The position numbers were made by a program, and so were the translations under genes. Shown one piece after another: positions 42,864 to 55,650 of a DNA stretch of 64,000 nt. The notes beneath the pieces were generated by a model. The model was given only the letters and a program-made list of their open reading frames with translations, was not told the DNA's origin and made no database searches. The DNA is from Octopus vulgaris. Lineage: Eukaryota. The DNA lies in NCBI GenBank assembly GCA_951406725.2, contig OX597815.1, forward strand, positions 11,470,001 to 11,534,000, in the 5' to 3' direction. Every line of letters starts with the position of its first letter. Within the stretch, counting starts at the first letter, position 1.

Positions 42864-43471
42864 TACATGTGAGTTCTCTAGACATCCTAGTGGTTGAGGC
42901 TATACTCATGAAGTAATGTAGATAATTAAGTAACATAAACAGATTTCAAAAGTTCATTAAAGTTCTTTAAAGATGATGTACAGTCTTATCACAGAATTTT
43001 AAAACAGAATTTAAAAAAAGTCTTAATAGCATCACAGAGAAGGTGACCCAATCCATAGTGCACATATGAATTTCCAGAGATATGATGAGGGATTACATAC
43101 TCACAGAAGGCAAATTTATCCATTGTTAATTACAACGAGGTGGGTTTCAATTCCTGCTTATTAGCATTACAGAGAGGGTGAATTAATCCTTTGTATAGAT
43201 GCACAATTTCCAATGGTGTAGGTTTTTTTTTTCCTTTTCTTCTTCTTATTCTCTTTTTCCTTTTCTCTTCTCTTTGAGTCCCCCTTCCCCCCCCCTTTTT
43301 GCTCCCTCCTCTTTTATTTTCTTTCTTTTATTTTCTCTCTTTTCTTCTATGCCCCTCCCTTTTCTATTCTATACAGCTCTAGTAAGCCCTTCAGCCTTTA
43401 AAAGTTAAATAGCTACAGCCTCTTGTAAATAGCAGTAATGTGATTAATGTGGCAAATACCTAATCACATAG

Positions 43472-43786
43472 CAAGAATTGATACCTACCTCATTGTGTTC
43501 AACCATTGATAAATTTATCGCCTGTGAATATGAAATTCCTTGGAAATTTACACCTACACCATTGGAAATTGTGCATCTATACAAAGGATTAATTCACCCT
43601 CTCTGTAATGCTAATAAGCAGGAATTGAAACCCACCTCGTTGTAATTAACAATGGATAAATTTGCCTTCTGTGAGTATGTAATCCCTCATCATATCTCTG
43701 GAAATTCATATGTGCACTATGGATTGGGTCACCTTCTCTGTGATGCTATTAAGACTTTTTTAAAATTCTGTTTTAAAATTCTGTGA
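43472..43786 (+). pseudogene. 105-codon frame with one internal stop, made of two diverged Cys/His-rich repeats, upstream of the HHR
   Basis: QELIPTSLCSTIDKFIACEYEIP...VHLYKGLIHPLCNAN / KQELKPTSL*LTMDKFAFCEYVIP...VHYGLGHLLCDAI; several synonymous differences between the repeats. Confidence 0.55.
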
Positions 43787-43911
43787 TAAGACTGTACATC
43801 ATCTTTAAAGAACTTTAATGAACTTTTGAAATCTGTTTATGTTACTTAATTATCTACATTACTTCATGAGTATAGCCTCAACCACTAGGATGTCTAGAGA
43901 ACTCACATGTA

Positions 43912-44002
43912 TTTTAGCTGATGAGTACGGGACACGTTTATATGCTGTAATTTTTGCAACTTTTAATAAAACCTGTCCTTGTATGAAACGATTGTACTAA
44001 AA
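43912..44002 (+). ncRNA. Type I hammerhead ribozyme (H4)
   Basis: ttttag CTGATGA gtacgggaca...tgtccttgtat GAAA c gatt g TA^ ctaaaa. Confidence 0.85.
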
Positions 44003-44073
44003 ACCTATCCATTCTTGTTGCTTCATTCTCGCGTATATATATATATATATATATTTATATATACATATATATA

Positions 44074-44180
<107 letters not shown>

Positions 44181-44919
44181 GTATGTATATGTTGAATTTG
44201 TTACAGTGAAGCATTGTGTGATATTACATTGAAGAAACTTGTTCGGTAAGTCCAGAACAATGCGAAGTAAGATATAAAGTTAACTATAAAAATAAAAGAA
44301 AGTGAAGTTGGAGTTTTAATTCTATATTTCGAGGAGGTTATGATCCCTTCATAAGTACAAGTGGACAAGTAGAGGATGGGAAACAGTTCGTTGCTCGGAT
44401 GTGTGCGTACTGGGGTGGACGGTGATGTTTGCGGACTGGTGTTGCTATAGTAACTAGTCTGTTTCATGTAGTTATTTTCTGTTATTCATAGCTAGTCTTA
44501 GTTTATAGCTGGCAAGTAAAAAAAAACAACAAAATTTTGAGGTGGTGGGGTTGATGTCACTATGTACCCTACAATATTTATGATACGTATATTTCAATCT
44601 CCATTTCAGATAAAATACAAGACAAGGAAACAAAGGCAACACGAATTAAGCACCAAAATATTACGTTGCCAAAACACACAAACATAAACGTAGCTACCAA
44701 CAGTATTCCAAATATTTAACGGTTCTTTTATTTCTTGTCATCTGGTTTACTTATTATCGGGTACGTATATGTGCCGAGGCAATTGTTATGTTTAGTATAC
44801 AGGAACATACACGTAACAAAATACATGTACAAGAACTCACTCCCGCACAGACAAAACATGCAATCATAAACAAGCATCTATATAACTTCACACAAACACG
44901 CAAAACCAACATATATGAA

Positions 44920-44971
<52 letters not shown>

Positions 44972-44974
44972 CAC

Positions 44975-45018
<44 letters not shown>

Positions 45019-45029
45019 GCACACATATA

Positions 45030-45078
<49 letters not shown>

Positions 45079-45118
45079 CATTCACACAAACACCATCAAA
45101 ACCAACATATGTGTATGA

Positions 45119-45190
<72 letters not shown>

Positions 45191-45421
45191 TTATATATAT
45201 ATATATATATTATTGGCCTGTCCGCTTAGCCAGCGGGGTGGCGTCATTTGAAGGCTAAAACAATGCGAACGCATTGTACCCAGCGATGTGTAACAACATC
45301 TGATAGCCTGGTCGGTCACGGTGACGGATATATATATTATATTATATTATATATGTTAGTGTGTATGTTTATATGTGCGTAGTTCTTTGTATGCATATAC
45401 ATACCTTAATATAAATATTTA

Positions 45422-45530
<109 letters not shown>

Positions 45531-45813
45531 ATATATGTGTGTGGTTGTATGTGTCTATATGTCTATATTCGTGCATGTGTATCTCCATTCACGTGGACAT
45601 TGTACTGTAGTTTTGAAATTCTTTTATTTGGTTCTTTAAGATACGATGAGCTGTACTCGCCTCGAGATAATTTCTCAGTAAATATTATTCCGTTATTTCT
45701 CTAATCTGCGCTTTTCTTTTAATTCCTACAGATATTTTAATAACGTTGTTTTAATATACATACATACATACATACATTATATATATACATACATATGTAT
45801 ACGTGTATATATG

Positions 45814-45880
<67 letters not shown>

Positions 45881-45917
45881 ATATAAATATATATAGTTAG
45901 ATATATATAGATAGATA

Positions 45918-45962
<45 letters not shown>

Positions 45963-45989
45963 CGGATACGTATATGTGTGTATATATTG

Positions 45990-46305
45990 TTTTATTCTTT
46001 TACTTGTTTCAGTCGTTTGACTGCAGCCATGCTGGAGCACCACCTTCAGCCGAGCAAATAGACCCCCAGGACACCACCATTGGCTGTCAAGTGATGTCGG
46101 GGATGGGGAAAACACACATACACACACACACACACACGCACACATATATATATATACGACGAGCTTCATTCAGTTTCCGTATACCAAATCCACCCACAAG
46201 GCTATGGTTGGCTCAAGTCTATAGTAGAAGAGTCTTGCCCAAGTTGTCACGCAGTGGGACTGAACCCGGAACATGTGGTTGGTAAGCAAGCTACTTACCA
46301 CAGAG
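45990..46305 (-). mobile_element. SINE family A with internal deletion
   Basis: Head, CORE-like block and tail as in 3530-3942. Confidence 0.8.
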
Positions 46306-46969
46306 CCGCTGGGCCAAATGAATGCAGCATGCACCATATTTGATTTGAGATATATGTAATGAACAATATTACTTGAATCTGTATGAGTTTTAGAACCCTG
46401 AAAACTAAGTGCAGAATTTTTATACAAAATTCAAGCGGTTATCAGGTGAGCTTATTTAAGCATCTATTGGTTTTTAATGTTACTATATTTTTGTTTTCAT
46501 TTTAACATCAGCTCCTTTATTGAGATGTCCACGTGGTACAGCTGAGTGTAGCTTAGGTTATTATGTTTTAGTGACAAAAATTATCATGTATTAATGTAGC
46601 TGATTTGTGTGACCAACATTATTGTTGGTAAGCTTTAATTTACATGGGCAGGCGAGAATTACATACTCCGCTTTTTTGTCTAAGCATGCTACGCCTAGTG
46701 TTATAATAGGGGTCTTAACTGGAAGCGGCATAAGGAACATACAATAAGATATGTAAATGTTGGTGGAGTATGTTCATTTTTCTGACGGTTGCAAATTGGC
46801 AATTGCGAGATCCATGGAATTAAAGGAAGATGATGGTTATTTAGGATAATCCCTGTGAAGAAAAATGTTTTAATCGTCATATCTCCAGTTGAATGTGTAC
46901 ATGGTGATAGATTAATGCATGTTTAATTTTGTGTCTTAAAATTGCACTTGTATTACACTTTTGTTTCTG

Positions 46970-47410
46970 CACAGGACATTCCAGATTTAAGATGATACAC
47001 TTTACAAATAATGAGTCATTGAAATATTCATATAAAGATTATCCCACATTGGTCTTCTTCGGAGAGCAATCAACCGGTGTTCACCCGCAAAAGGTAACTC
47101 AAGAAGACGTTGAGGAACCAGCTTAAACTTGTCCTCAACTCCTACAACATTCAACCGGCACAACTTGAACTCTTTGCAAACCTGGCGCTCCTTCTGCGAC
47201 GCAGAAGCTGTCCATTTTGAGCTAATTCGAAGTGAGAAACTTGAAGAAGAGAGACATCAACGTCATCTCAGACTCACCATCAACATAATAGCCAACATCT
47301 TGTATCATCTGTATTGAAGGACATGCCATTCCAGGATCGGACTCTTTTCACATCTAAAAACTCACAAAATGTAGGATAAAACTTGTAGATGGCAATGTCG
47401 TCGTCAACAA
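46970..47410 (+). mobile_element. RTE (BovB-like) LINE 3' fragment
   Basis: PTLVFFGE, TWRSFC...FELIRSEKLEEERHQR and the terminal RTCHSRIGLFSHLKTH zinc-finger remnant. Confidence 0.75.
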
Positions 47411-47587
47411 ATAAGTATGCCTCGCATAATACCAATGTGATGGTATTAATACTTATGTATGATATTAAGGCAGTGAGCTGGCATTTCGTCTGTCTTTACA
47501 TTCTGGCTTCAAAGTAGACTGAGGACGACTTTGCCTTTCACCCATTCACCTGACTTCGTATTTTGATTTTTGGGAATTCTCCTCACT

Positions 47588-47624
<37 letters not shown>

Positions 47625-47629
<5 letters not shown>

Positions 47630-48273
47630 TGAATATAAGGGTAGCAAAAAATTCTAGAAAAAATTCTCCACTACCAGCGGTCCAGCGAGAAAGAAAAGAT
47701 AGTCAAAGACTATATAATATACATTCAAAAATATAAGGAATGACCATAATAGGACATTCGACTCACTAGAAAGAGTCCTATTATGGCCATTCCTTATATT
47801 TTTGAATGTATATTATATAGTCTTTGACAATCTTTTCTTTCTCGCTGGACCGCTGGTAGCGGAAAATTTTCTCTAGAATTTTTTGCTACCCTTATATTTA
47901 TTAATTAATGATTTTTTGGCTAATTTTGAAATTAAATCAGCAGTTTATATTTGCTGCTGAGAAGACCGCGCGATTGCGGTAGATTTTGAAAATTTATAGC
48001 ATATCGACTGGAGGCTTCCTTACCCACGCCTCGTGAATATATACTCGTCCTTGGCTTCTCTGCTGATGAGGCACGCCAGTTGTAAATAAATTTAATTTAA
48101 TTTAATTAATTTGTTTACCAAAGTTTGCCGAAATTATGCATAGTCCAGAGATGAAAGGGGTAAACGTTTTTATTTCTCTTTCAATTTCAGAATTACAAGT
48201 ATTAGCGGTTTGAGTTTGACTGCTCTTTCTAGTGAATCGAATGTCCTATTATGGTCATTCCTTATATTTTTGA

Positions 48274-48280
<7 letters not shown>
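47625..48280 (+). mobile_element. HHR element (family H5): 468 nt partial tandem unit with an inverted 5' arm, inside (TA)n
   Basis: gtcctattatgg at 47775 and 48243; 47625-47775 is the reverse complement of sequence spanning the unit junction. Confidence 0.88.
48057..48151 (+). ncRNA. Type I hammerhead ribozyme (H5)
   Basis: tctctg CTGATGA ggca...tgcc GAAA ttatgcatag TC^ cagaga; palindromic tatgcata in stem III. Confidence 0.9.
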
Positions 48281-48335
<55 letters not shown>

Positions 48336-48371
48336 TTGTGTGTATGTACATATATATATATTTATATATAT

Positions 48372-48526
48372 GACAGGCTTCTTTAAGTTTTTGTCTACCA
48401 GTTCCACTTTGGTCTTGGCTCGAGGTTATAGTAGAAGCCAGTTGCCGAAGTTGCCACGCAGTGGGACTGAATTTTGAAACATATGGTTAGGACGCAAACC
48501 TCTTACGACAGAGCCATGCGTGCGCC
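48372..48526 (-). mobile_element. Degraded family A SINE 5' half
   Basis: ccacgcagtgggactgaa and gacaggcttcttt blocks. Confidence 0.7.
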
Positions 48527-49079
48527 TGATTTATGAATGCATATGTATATGTATTTATAAAATACTTGCTGATCATTATTTTATATTGTTCTGGAATATT
48601 GTCTCGTAAAATGTATGTACGGGCAATGTTTTACACATATTCAGGTAGGCGGTATTTTGAAAAGTTAAGAGTTGTACAAGATGTAAATAAAAAAAAAGGA
48701 AAGAATCACAAAATGGTTCGTTACTCTGCTCACGTCATATGTTTCCCTTGACAATATTGCATTGGTTTTGGTTTAATTCTATTATTGTATAATGAGGTTA
48801 AATTACATTAATTTTAGTGTTCGGTGGTATAATGACGGCTTCTAAATACAGCAAGATATCACCTTACTGAATATGTTAACTGTGTAGATATCATATTGAC
48901 TCAAAACAAGTACGACGCGATTAAGAGTACCAAATATTATGTCACGTTTGAAATACACTTGAGCACTTTCATTGGTAAACATAAAAAGACAGGTGCTTCT
49001 GATAATCTTTGCGGTAGTTGCTAATTTACTGTTGAGGTATGGATGTGTTTGCAGCAGTAAATGTTTACTTACTTGTACT

Positions 49080-49430
49080 TGTGGCGGCATTCACCCTGGG
49101 AAGGTTGAGTCGGCTTCTTCCTTGGAAGAAGTTTCGTGGGAATATGTGGATATCACAAGCGGTCTCCAAAAATCCCGCATGTATAGACATCCTGTTTGCC
49201 GCAGATTGTCCGCAGACGCAGGGACAAAACGACCGAGGAACCACCGGTTGTCGAAACAGACACTCCGAGGATTTTCACCAGAGCCCCGTCTGCCGGGTTG
49301 TGGCCCTAAATACCACTCCGTGTCAGACCAATCCGCTTTAGGTGGCCCTACCAGGAACAAGAAGTTCCCGACGGCATAGCTCTGACACTACCCGTTCCAG
49401 CGTCCCCACCACGGTGGGAGGGGATGGACT
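49080..49430 (-). mobile_element. RTE-clade LINE 5' UTR fragment
   Basis: Minus strand ccgtggtgggg...gagctatgccgtcggga..tcctggtagggccacc..ggtc matches the conserved RTE/BovB/Expander 5' motif as I recall it; locally GC-rich. Confidence 0.65.
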
Positions 49431-49779
49431 TTGTTATTAACCATTCCAAGAATCCGCCAAGATCCGACAGAACTTCTAAGCGACTGTTATTTCTATGTAG
49501 CAGAAGTGTCTACTAATAACGGACCGCAATATTGGAAGAATCCGCTCTATCTGAATATGTCATCTCAATTGTACAGGTGCCACTTGATGAGCATCTGACA
49601 ATTTCAGCCTGTTTAACCTTGGAATAAACAGATGAATTTAACATTACAATGAAAATTGGAAGGAATCAGCAATCTCATGCTAAAAAACAAAACAAACATA
49701 AAAACTTCCTAAACTTGGAAGAATTTGACGAATTTCTTAGAGACCGGAATCGTACTAAATCTACTACAGTTCTGAATGG

Positions 49780-50740
49780 TTGAATAAAACCCCGTTGATG
49801 CAAATGTAACAATTTTAAGGTGCCAGGCATAGCATGCAGCTTTCCCAGATTCTATTCAGTGTGCTTCTGTTCTGATATTAAAAGGTCTCAAGTGATTGAT
49901 TTTACCTCCAGCCTGATCAAAGACCGTTGCCTAAAATCAATCACGTTCATTGACAACTCTATTACAAGTCTGAAAGCATTGCTGCTTCTCAGCGCCAACC
50001 TGTATCCATTCATCTCTGGTGGTAAATGCGGTAACTTGAAAGAAGATTACCAAAACATTAATGTCTTACTCTAAGAGATTAAATATGATGACTATATGTC
50101 GGATGTATAAGATGATTTCAAGATGTCGGTATTTATGCTCGGATTGCAGTGGAAGATATACTAAGCAGCCTTGCATTTTATGTGAGATAACAGGGATAGA
50201 CAAAAACAAGCAGCCGAGTACTCAAGATGTAAAGAACAATGTATGCTTAGCGAGAGCCCTTCTGCCTCTGCACCCTATTAAACTAGGCTTGATAAAATGA
50301 TTTCTTTGCAACCTTAAATTACGTTACGGAAAACTTTTACCAATATACGAACGATTTACGTGAAATTGATCTGTGCAAATTTAGTTCCTGTGTTTATTGT
50401 GCTCCATTTGAAGTAGGGACTTCTATGCAAAACTCTGAATATAAAAGTGACGGTGTTGGCGAAAACAACTCGGAATGCATTGAAGAAGGTTGCCCGTTGG
50501 TTTCCGGAGCAGCAACACGATGGAGAAGTACACGACCCTTAATGAAGAACTGTTTGAAAGTTACAGAAATATGTAAAATGTCACTTAAGATCCACTATCT
50601 GCATTTTCATATTTCGATTTTTCTACGTAGTCTTGCTTCTATGTCAGAAGAATATGGTGAATGTTACCATCGGGATATAGAGCTGATGGGTGATTTCATT
50701 TGAAACTTCTTTTCAGAAGATAGTTGATGGCACAGGAAAC
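49780..50740 (+). mobile_element. Degraded Chapaev3-type transposase, central and C-terminal part
   Basis: FIDNSITSLKALLL, LKEDYQNINVLL, LPLHPIKLGLIK, MSLKIHYLHFH...SEEYGECYHRDI. Confidence 0.78.
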
Positions 50741-51099
50741 AAATACAGTGTAATGTTTACTATTCATCGTATTGATGTTTTTAATCAATTGTACCATCTC
50801 AATTCTATATAACTTTTTGCATTATTCATGATTGTTCGCAATAATGTTTTCCCAATTTTATTAATAAATTAGATAACACTGTTAAAATTATAATAAATAG
50901 CATTTTAGTATAATAAACATTATAATGTTTATAAAAACATTATAAAAGCTAATGCGACTTTTGTTTGCTGCGAAAGAGAACTTTCATTAAGATCAGTTAC
51001 ATAGTGTAGATTTTATACCATCATATCTATATTTTAGTAACATATAGTATAGAAGTAAAGTGCTGCCAGTAAGATTATGTGTTGAGAGAAGCTAATTTC

Positions 51100-52660
51100 T
51101 TATTTCTTCTTCTTTATGCGGGCAAGTACCTTTCCAACCACAGGCAAAAGAGAAGTCTCACGAAAATTACAACACAGATCCTTTGGCCCGGATTTATACG
51201 AGGAGAGTAAAATGGCATCAATCCAGTCTTGAGACACTTTCTCAGTTCTCCAACTGTCACAAATTAAAATATGTAAGAGTTCAAAAATTTTGTCACCCCC
51301 ATATTTCAAGACGTCAGCACAGATTCCATCAGACCCCGGAGACATATTTTTATTCAGCTTATTCACAGCTAAATAAATGTCATTTGGAGTTGGTTCAAAT
51401 GCCATCTCTTCTATAACAGGAAGGCGTTTGATTCTTTCTCTCGTTCTCATGTAAACGGATGTTAGTCTATTCAAAAGCACAGAAAAATGTTCTACCCAAC
51501 GCTTATGAATAGAAGCGGTGTCAGTCAAAAGAAAACGTCAATTTGCTGTTGTCACTGGAGCTATTGAGGAGGAATTTGGGCCATATACCTCCTGAACATA
51601 AGAGTACAAACCCTTCGTATCATTTCTATCAGCTGCTTCTTGTGCCCCTTTTGCTCTATTATTAGAGCAAGAGTAGTCTGCACTTTCCTTTTCCGCTTTC
51701 TGTAAGTTTCGTTTGAGATGGGGTTTAAGGAAAGAAGTGTATTGTCTAATTTTTTTGTTCGAAAAGTAAATCATGAATTTCTGCTCATTTTTCTGAGAAC
51801 CAATCACTGAGATTTATGAGATTAAAATCCCACTGACGGACTTGCAGCCTGAAATACTTTTGTTTTGAAATCTTCCCAAGATTGATACTTTTTATAGCAT
51901 CGTTGAATCTTTGAAAGTTGCTTGATTATCTAAATTTTGCAACATTTACTTTTTAGGTACCTTATGACCAAACTGTTGATTTTTAGGCATTATCGAAAAA
52001 TCTATTTTTCCACGCACTAGATGATGGTCACTCCAGCTGTCTGCTACTCTCATGACCCGAATACTAGATACGCCTTTCATATCACGTTTCCTGATAAGTA
52101 TATAATCTATGAGATGCCAGTGCTTAAACAGAGTGACGCTGACAAACCAAATTATTCTCAGTACAAAACGTCAAAAGAGCTACTCCATTTTTATTGCATT
52201 TTCCAATCCCATGTCGACATAGAACAGGCTATGAAACGTAGTCCTTTCCAACTCTTGCATTGAAATCTCCCAATATGACCAGCTCGTCAGAAATTGGTAC
52301 TTACCTCAATAATTGTGCTAGATCGCCATAAAAGTGTCCTAGAATTTCATCAGAATGGGACATTGTTGGTGCATAACTACTGACAACGGTAATAAACCTA
52401 CCATTTGTTAGTTTAATACGGCATGGCGTATTCTTGAGAGCAAATCCAACACCAGATTCCCCACCTTGACCCTTGTATAGAGCTCTCCAAAATATACTAT
52501 ATCCATAAGTAGGTTAATTTATTTGAGCCTCACCAGAGAGACGAATTTCAGAGAACGCAATTATATCAAGGGAATATTTCGTGAACTCACATGCAATAAG
52601 TGTAGTACGCCTTATATACACTTGCTTTACGAATATTACATTTAAGATTCGTTGGTAGTA
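51100..52660 (-). mobile_element. Degraded RTE LINE (APE endonuclease plus RT N-terminus), 3'-truncated
   Basis: RRTTLIACEF, DIIAFSEIRL, SSYAPT, LVILGDFNARVG; ORF 51100-51528 RWVEHFSVLLN, PGSDGICADVLKYGG, SLLPVVGKVLARI. Confidence 0.9.
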
Positions 52661-53303
52661 ATGCTTTCCTGATTGCTAATCACAGGTGTTTCCATTTCAT
52701 TTCAATTGCATTGTCAACACTCGGGAACAAGGATTGATTGCCACAACTCATTTATATTATATTATGAATATAAAACATCTTAGTAAATTAGAACATTTAC
52801 GACAAAAGCATTCCTTATATATTGCTCCATAGTCGGTGATCAGTTCAGAGCCAGATGAATTAATCTTAATGACTGAAAGGGGGAGTTACTATTACGCTGA
52901 TGGATGAATCCATCGTGACAGATTTTGCACTCGTACCCAATACATAGCTACAAAATGAGTTTTCACATCACCACATTGCTTTTTGTTTTCTGCATTTCGC
53001 TGTAGGAAATCACTTATAAGTGTTTTCAGATTTACGTTTTGTTGACTTCAGAAAATGCAATTAGATTACTTGCACAGCAGGAAGTGCCCCTTAATTATGT
53101 TAAAATTTGAACTATAGACCTCTGACGCATTTGTTTCTCCCTTTGTTTACAAAATAAATGGAACATTAAGAAAGTATTGACAGAAAAACAAAATATACTG
53201 TCTTTAACCCATGTTTAGTTATTTCGAAAAGATAATTTAGTTATCAAGTGACCGAAAACTCACCGATCTAAAAGCAAAGCACAAGTAAAAAGTAGACACT
53301 TTC

Positions 53304-53374
<71 letters not shown>

Positions 53375-53531
53375 TATATACATATACGCATACACATAGT
53401 TAAATATATATGTGTGTGCGTGTAAGTGCAGATATATATATATATGTGTGTATGTGTGTATATGCATATATGTATATCTATCCCTATATATATGTATGTA
53501 TATATATTTTTTTTTTTTTTATATATATATT

Positions 53532-53594
<63 letters not shown>

Positions 53595-54153
53595 ATATGT
53601 ATATATGTATATATAGAAATTCAGATTCTTCGTTCAGATATTACTTTAAGGCTACATTAAATTATCTATAATAGCTATCGGCGATTTCCTTTTTTTTTTC
53701 AATTTTGCCATAATTGTTTTGCTGAGTGGTTAGCAAAATGTGTTATGTGTTTTGGAAAAAAAAGTTGAAAAAAAAAGTACACAGCAGAAGCTAACATTTG
53801 AAGGTTTTATTTTGTATTCAAACAAGATTATCCGTAGGGTTTCTCTTGATCTATCAGTGAAATGGTAATGTTTTGCCTTTTCAGCAGAGTTACGGTGTGC
53901 GCTGAAATTGTATAATAAGGTGAAATAACTTAGGTTGAGTTTAAATGTTGGCAAAACTGTTAAGAATAAACAATGAAACGAGACAACCCATTCCTTAATT
54001 CTCCTCCTGTACAAATACATATATTTACACGAACATCCATTTACATCTACACGACCGCCTCCCCATACAACCACACACACACATACACACACATTCATAC
54101 ACGCACATATGTATGTATGCTTGTGATATATGTATGTATGTATATATATACAC

Positions 54154-54205
<52 letters not shown>

Positions 54206-54237
54206 ACATACATATATATATATACACATATATATAT

Positions 54238-54295
<58 letters not shown>

Positions 54296-54302
<7 letters not shown>

Positions 54303-54568
54303 ACAAAATAAGGGCAAAAGACAATTTTGTCTTTTTTTCGGCATATTTGGCATTAGAATTTTTTCTTTGCCCTTTATTTTGTAAATTATTTATAAATTTA
54401 ACCTTTAAAGGTATTTTTTGATATGCTAGCCATTGATAAAATTTTTTTCCCGAAAAAATTTTATCCTACATTAGTTATTTGTATATATATGCATATATAT
54501 ATATATATATGTATATATATATGTATATATATGTATATATATATGTGTGTTTATATATATACATACAC

Positions 54569-54610
<42 letters not shown>

Positions 54611-54895
54611 CAAAAGAAAGAGTGAACAAACGGTATGGACGTATTATTTTGGTGCCTCGCTTTGCCATATACGACTATGAGGATTTGCATTTCCAACGAA
54701 ACTCGTCTTTTTCCAAAAATTCTTCTCAAACCTTCTATAATGTAATACATGTCTTTGGTGTGGTAATTGTGCGCGGCTGAAGAAGGCTATTGACATACAT
54801 GTTACATCAATTATGCATTGATATAAACTGTCCAATAAAGCCAGAAACATATGTACCGCTAAATCCTTTGCATCCTGATTTTCTTTTGATAAATA
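54296..54895 (+). mobile_element. HHR element of family H2, circularly permuted relative to 28.7-29.2 kb, with 5' fold-back
   Basis: Fold-back 54296-54389; block 54392-54470 is homologous to 29115-29203; ORF plus HHR at 54610-54890 homologous to 28800-29040. Confidence 0.75.
54773..54859 (+). ncRNA. Type I hammerhead ribozyme (H2)
   Basis: gcgg CTGAAGA a-ggct...agcc-a GAAA catatg TA^ ccgc; compensatory stem II change relative to the 28928 copy. Confidence 0.85.
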
Positions 54896-55175
54896 TACCC
54901 TTACACCTACACCACTAACTGGCATATATAGGTGCTTACAGTTATCAAGTATTCACTATGTGTCTTGAAGCATCTTTCAGGGTCTGTTTATATTTATTTT
55001 TAAAAGACAAGGGTAAAAAAAGAAGAAACAACCTGGAAAAAAACGTGAAGAATTTATGGTGCAGAATACACTTGCCTCAGGTGACACGCAGTAGCACTGA
55101 ACCCGAACCATGTGTTTGGTAATACAATATTCTAAACGACTGCGTCTTTCTATATATAATGTATATATATATATA

Positions 55176-55595
55176 CTAGCAGCATAGCCCGGCGTTGAGG
55201 TATGTAAGAGCCCCTAGTAGGCAACGACTAACAATCTAGTCCTTTCCCTCTAGGGAACGAAGGCGCATCTGTAGGTTGCAATGTCTTCTCTTCACTCGAA
55301 TACTTCTGTGTATACGATGTTCCTAGCTGTCCCTTTGGGCGATAAAAAGGTCAAGGAGTTGTGTCCCCCAGACAGAAAATGTGTTGCATATAAAAAGCTT
55401 AGATTCTCGACCCCACGTCGAATTTATCGATTTTTTTCAGAACTGAGGGAACTTTTCAAACTTTTCGCTGCGTTAGTTTTGAATTATGACATTGGGCTAT
55501 GTATGTGTCAAGTTTCATCAGAATCGGTTGAAAGCCGTGGTCATGTGTTTGGTAAACAAACTACTTCTAAACAACTGCGTCTTTCTATATATAAT
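55176..55595 (-). mobile_element. Non-autonomous Helitron-like element with a tandem partial copy of its 5' end at 55110-55160
   Basis: a|CTAGcagcatagcccggcgttg end similar to 5244; duplicated catgtgtttggtaa...ctgcgtctttctatatataat. Confidence 0.65.
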
Positions 55596-55598
55596 GTG

Positions 55599-55649
<51 letters not shown>

Positions 55650-55650
<1 letters not shown>

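Larger units (their letters stand above)
42625..44032. mobile_element. Head-to-head HHR element (family H4) forming a 481 bp near-perfect inverted repeat inside (TA)n
   Basis: Arms 42743-43223 and 43552-44032 (one mismatch seen by eye), 328 bp spacer, one HHR in each arm. Confidence 0.9.

Noticed and set aside
43787-43921. H4 frame continuing to the in-frame TGA of the HHR core, as in H2
   Set aside because: Several intervening stops, and a 13 nt duplication makes the in-frame position likely coincidental
47952-48001. Second hammerhead in H5 (ctgagaaga ccgc..gcgg..gaaa)
   Set aside because: Core spacing is wrong and GAAA is not adjacent to stem II
48972-49379. 135, 100 and 89 aa ORFs as a host gene
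   Set aside because: Explained by the higher GC content of an RTE 5' UTR; no domain recognised
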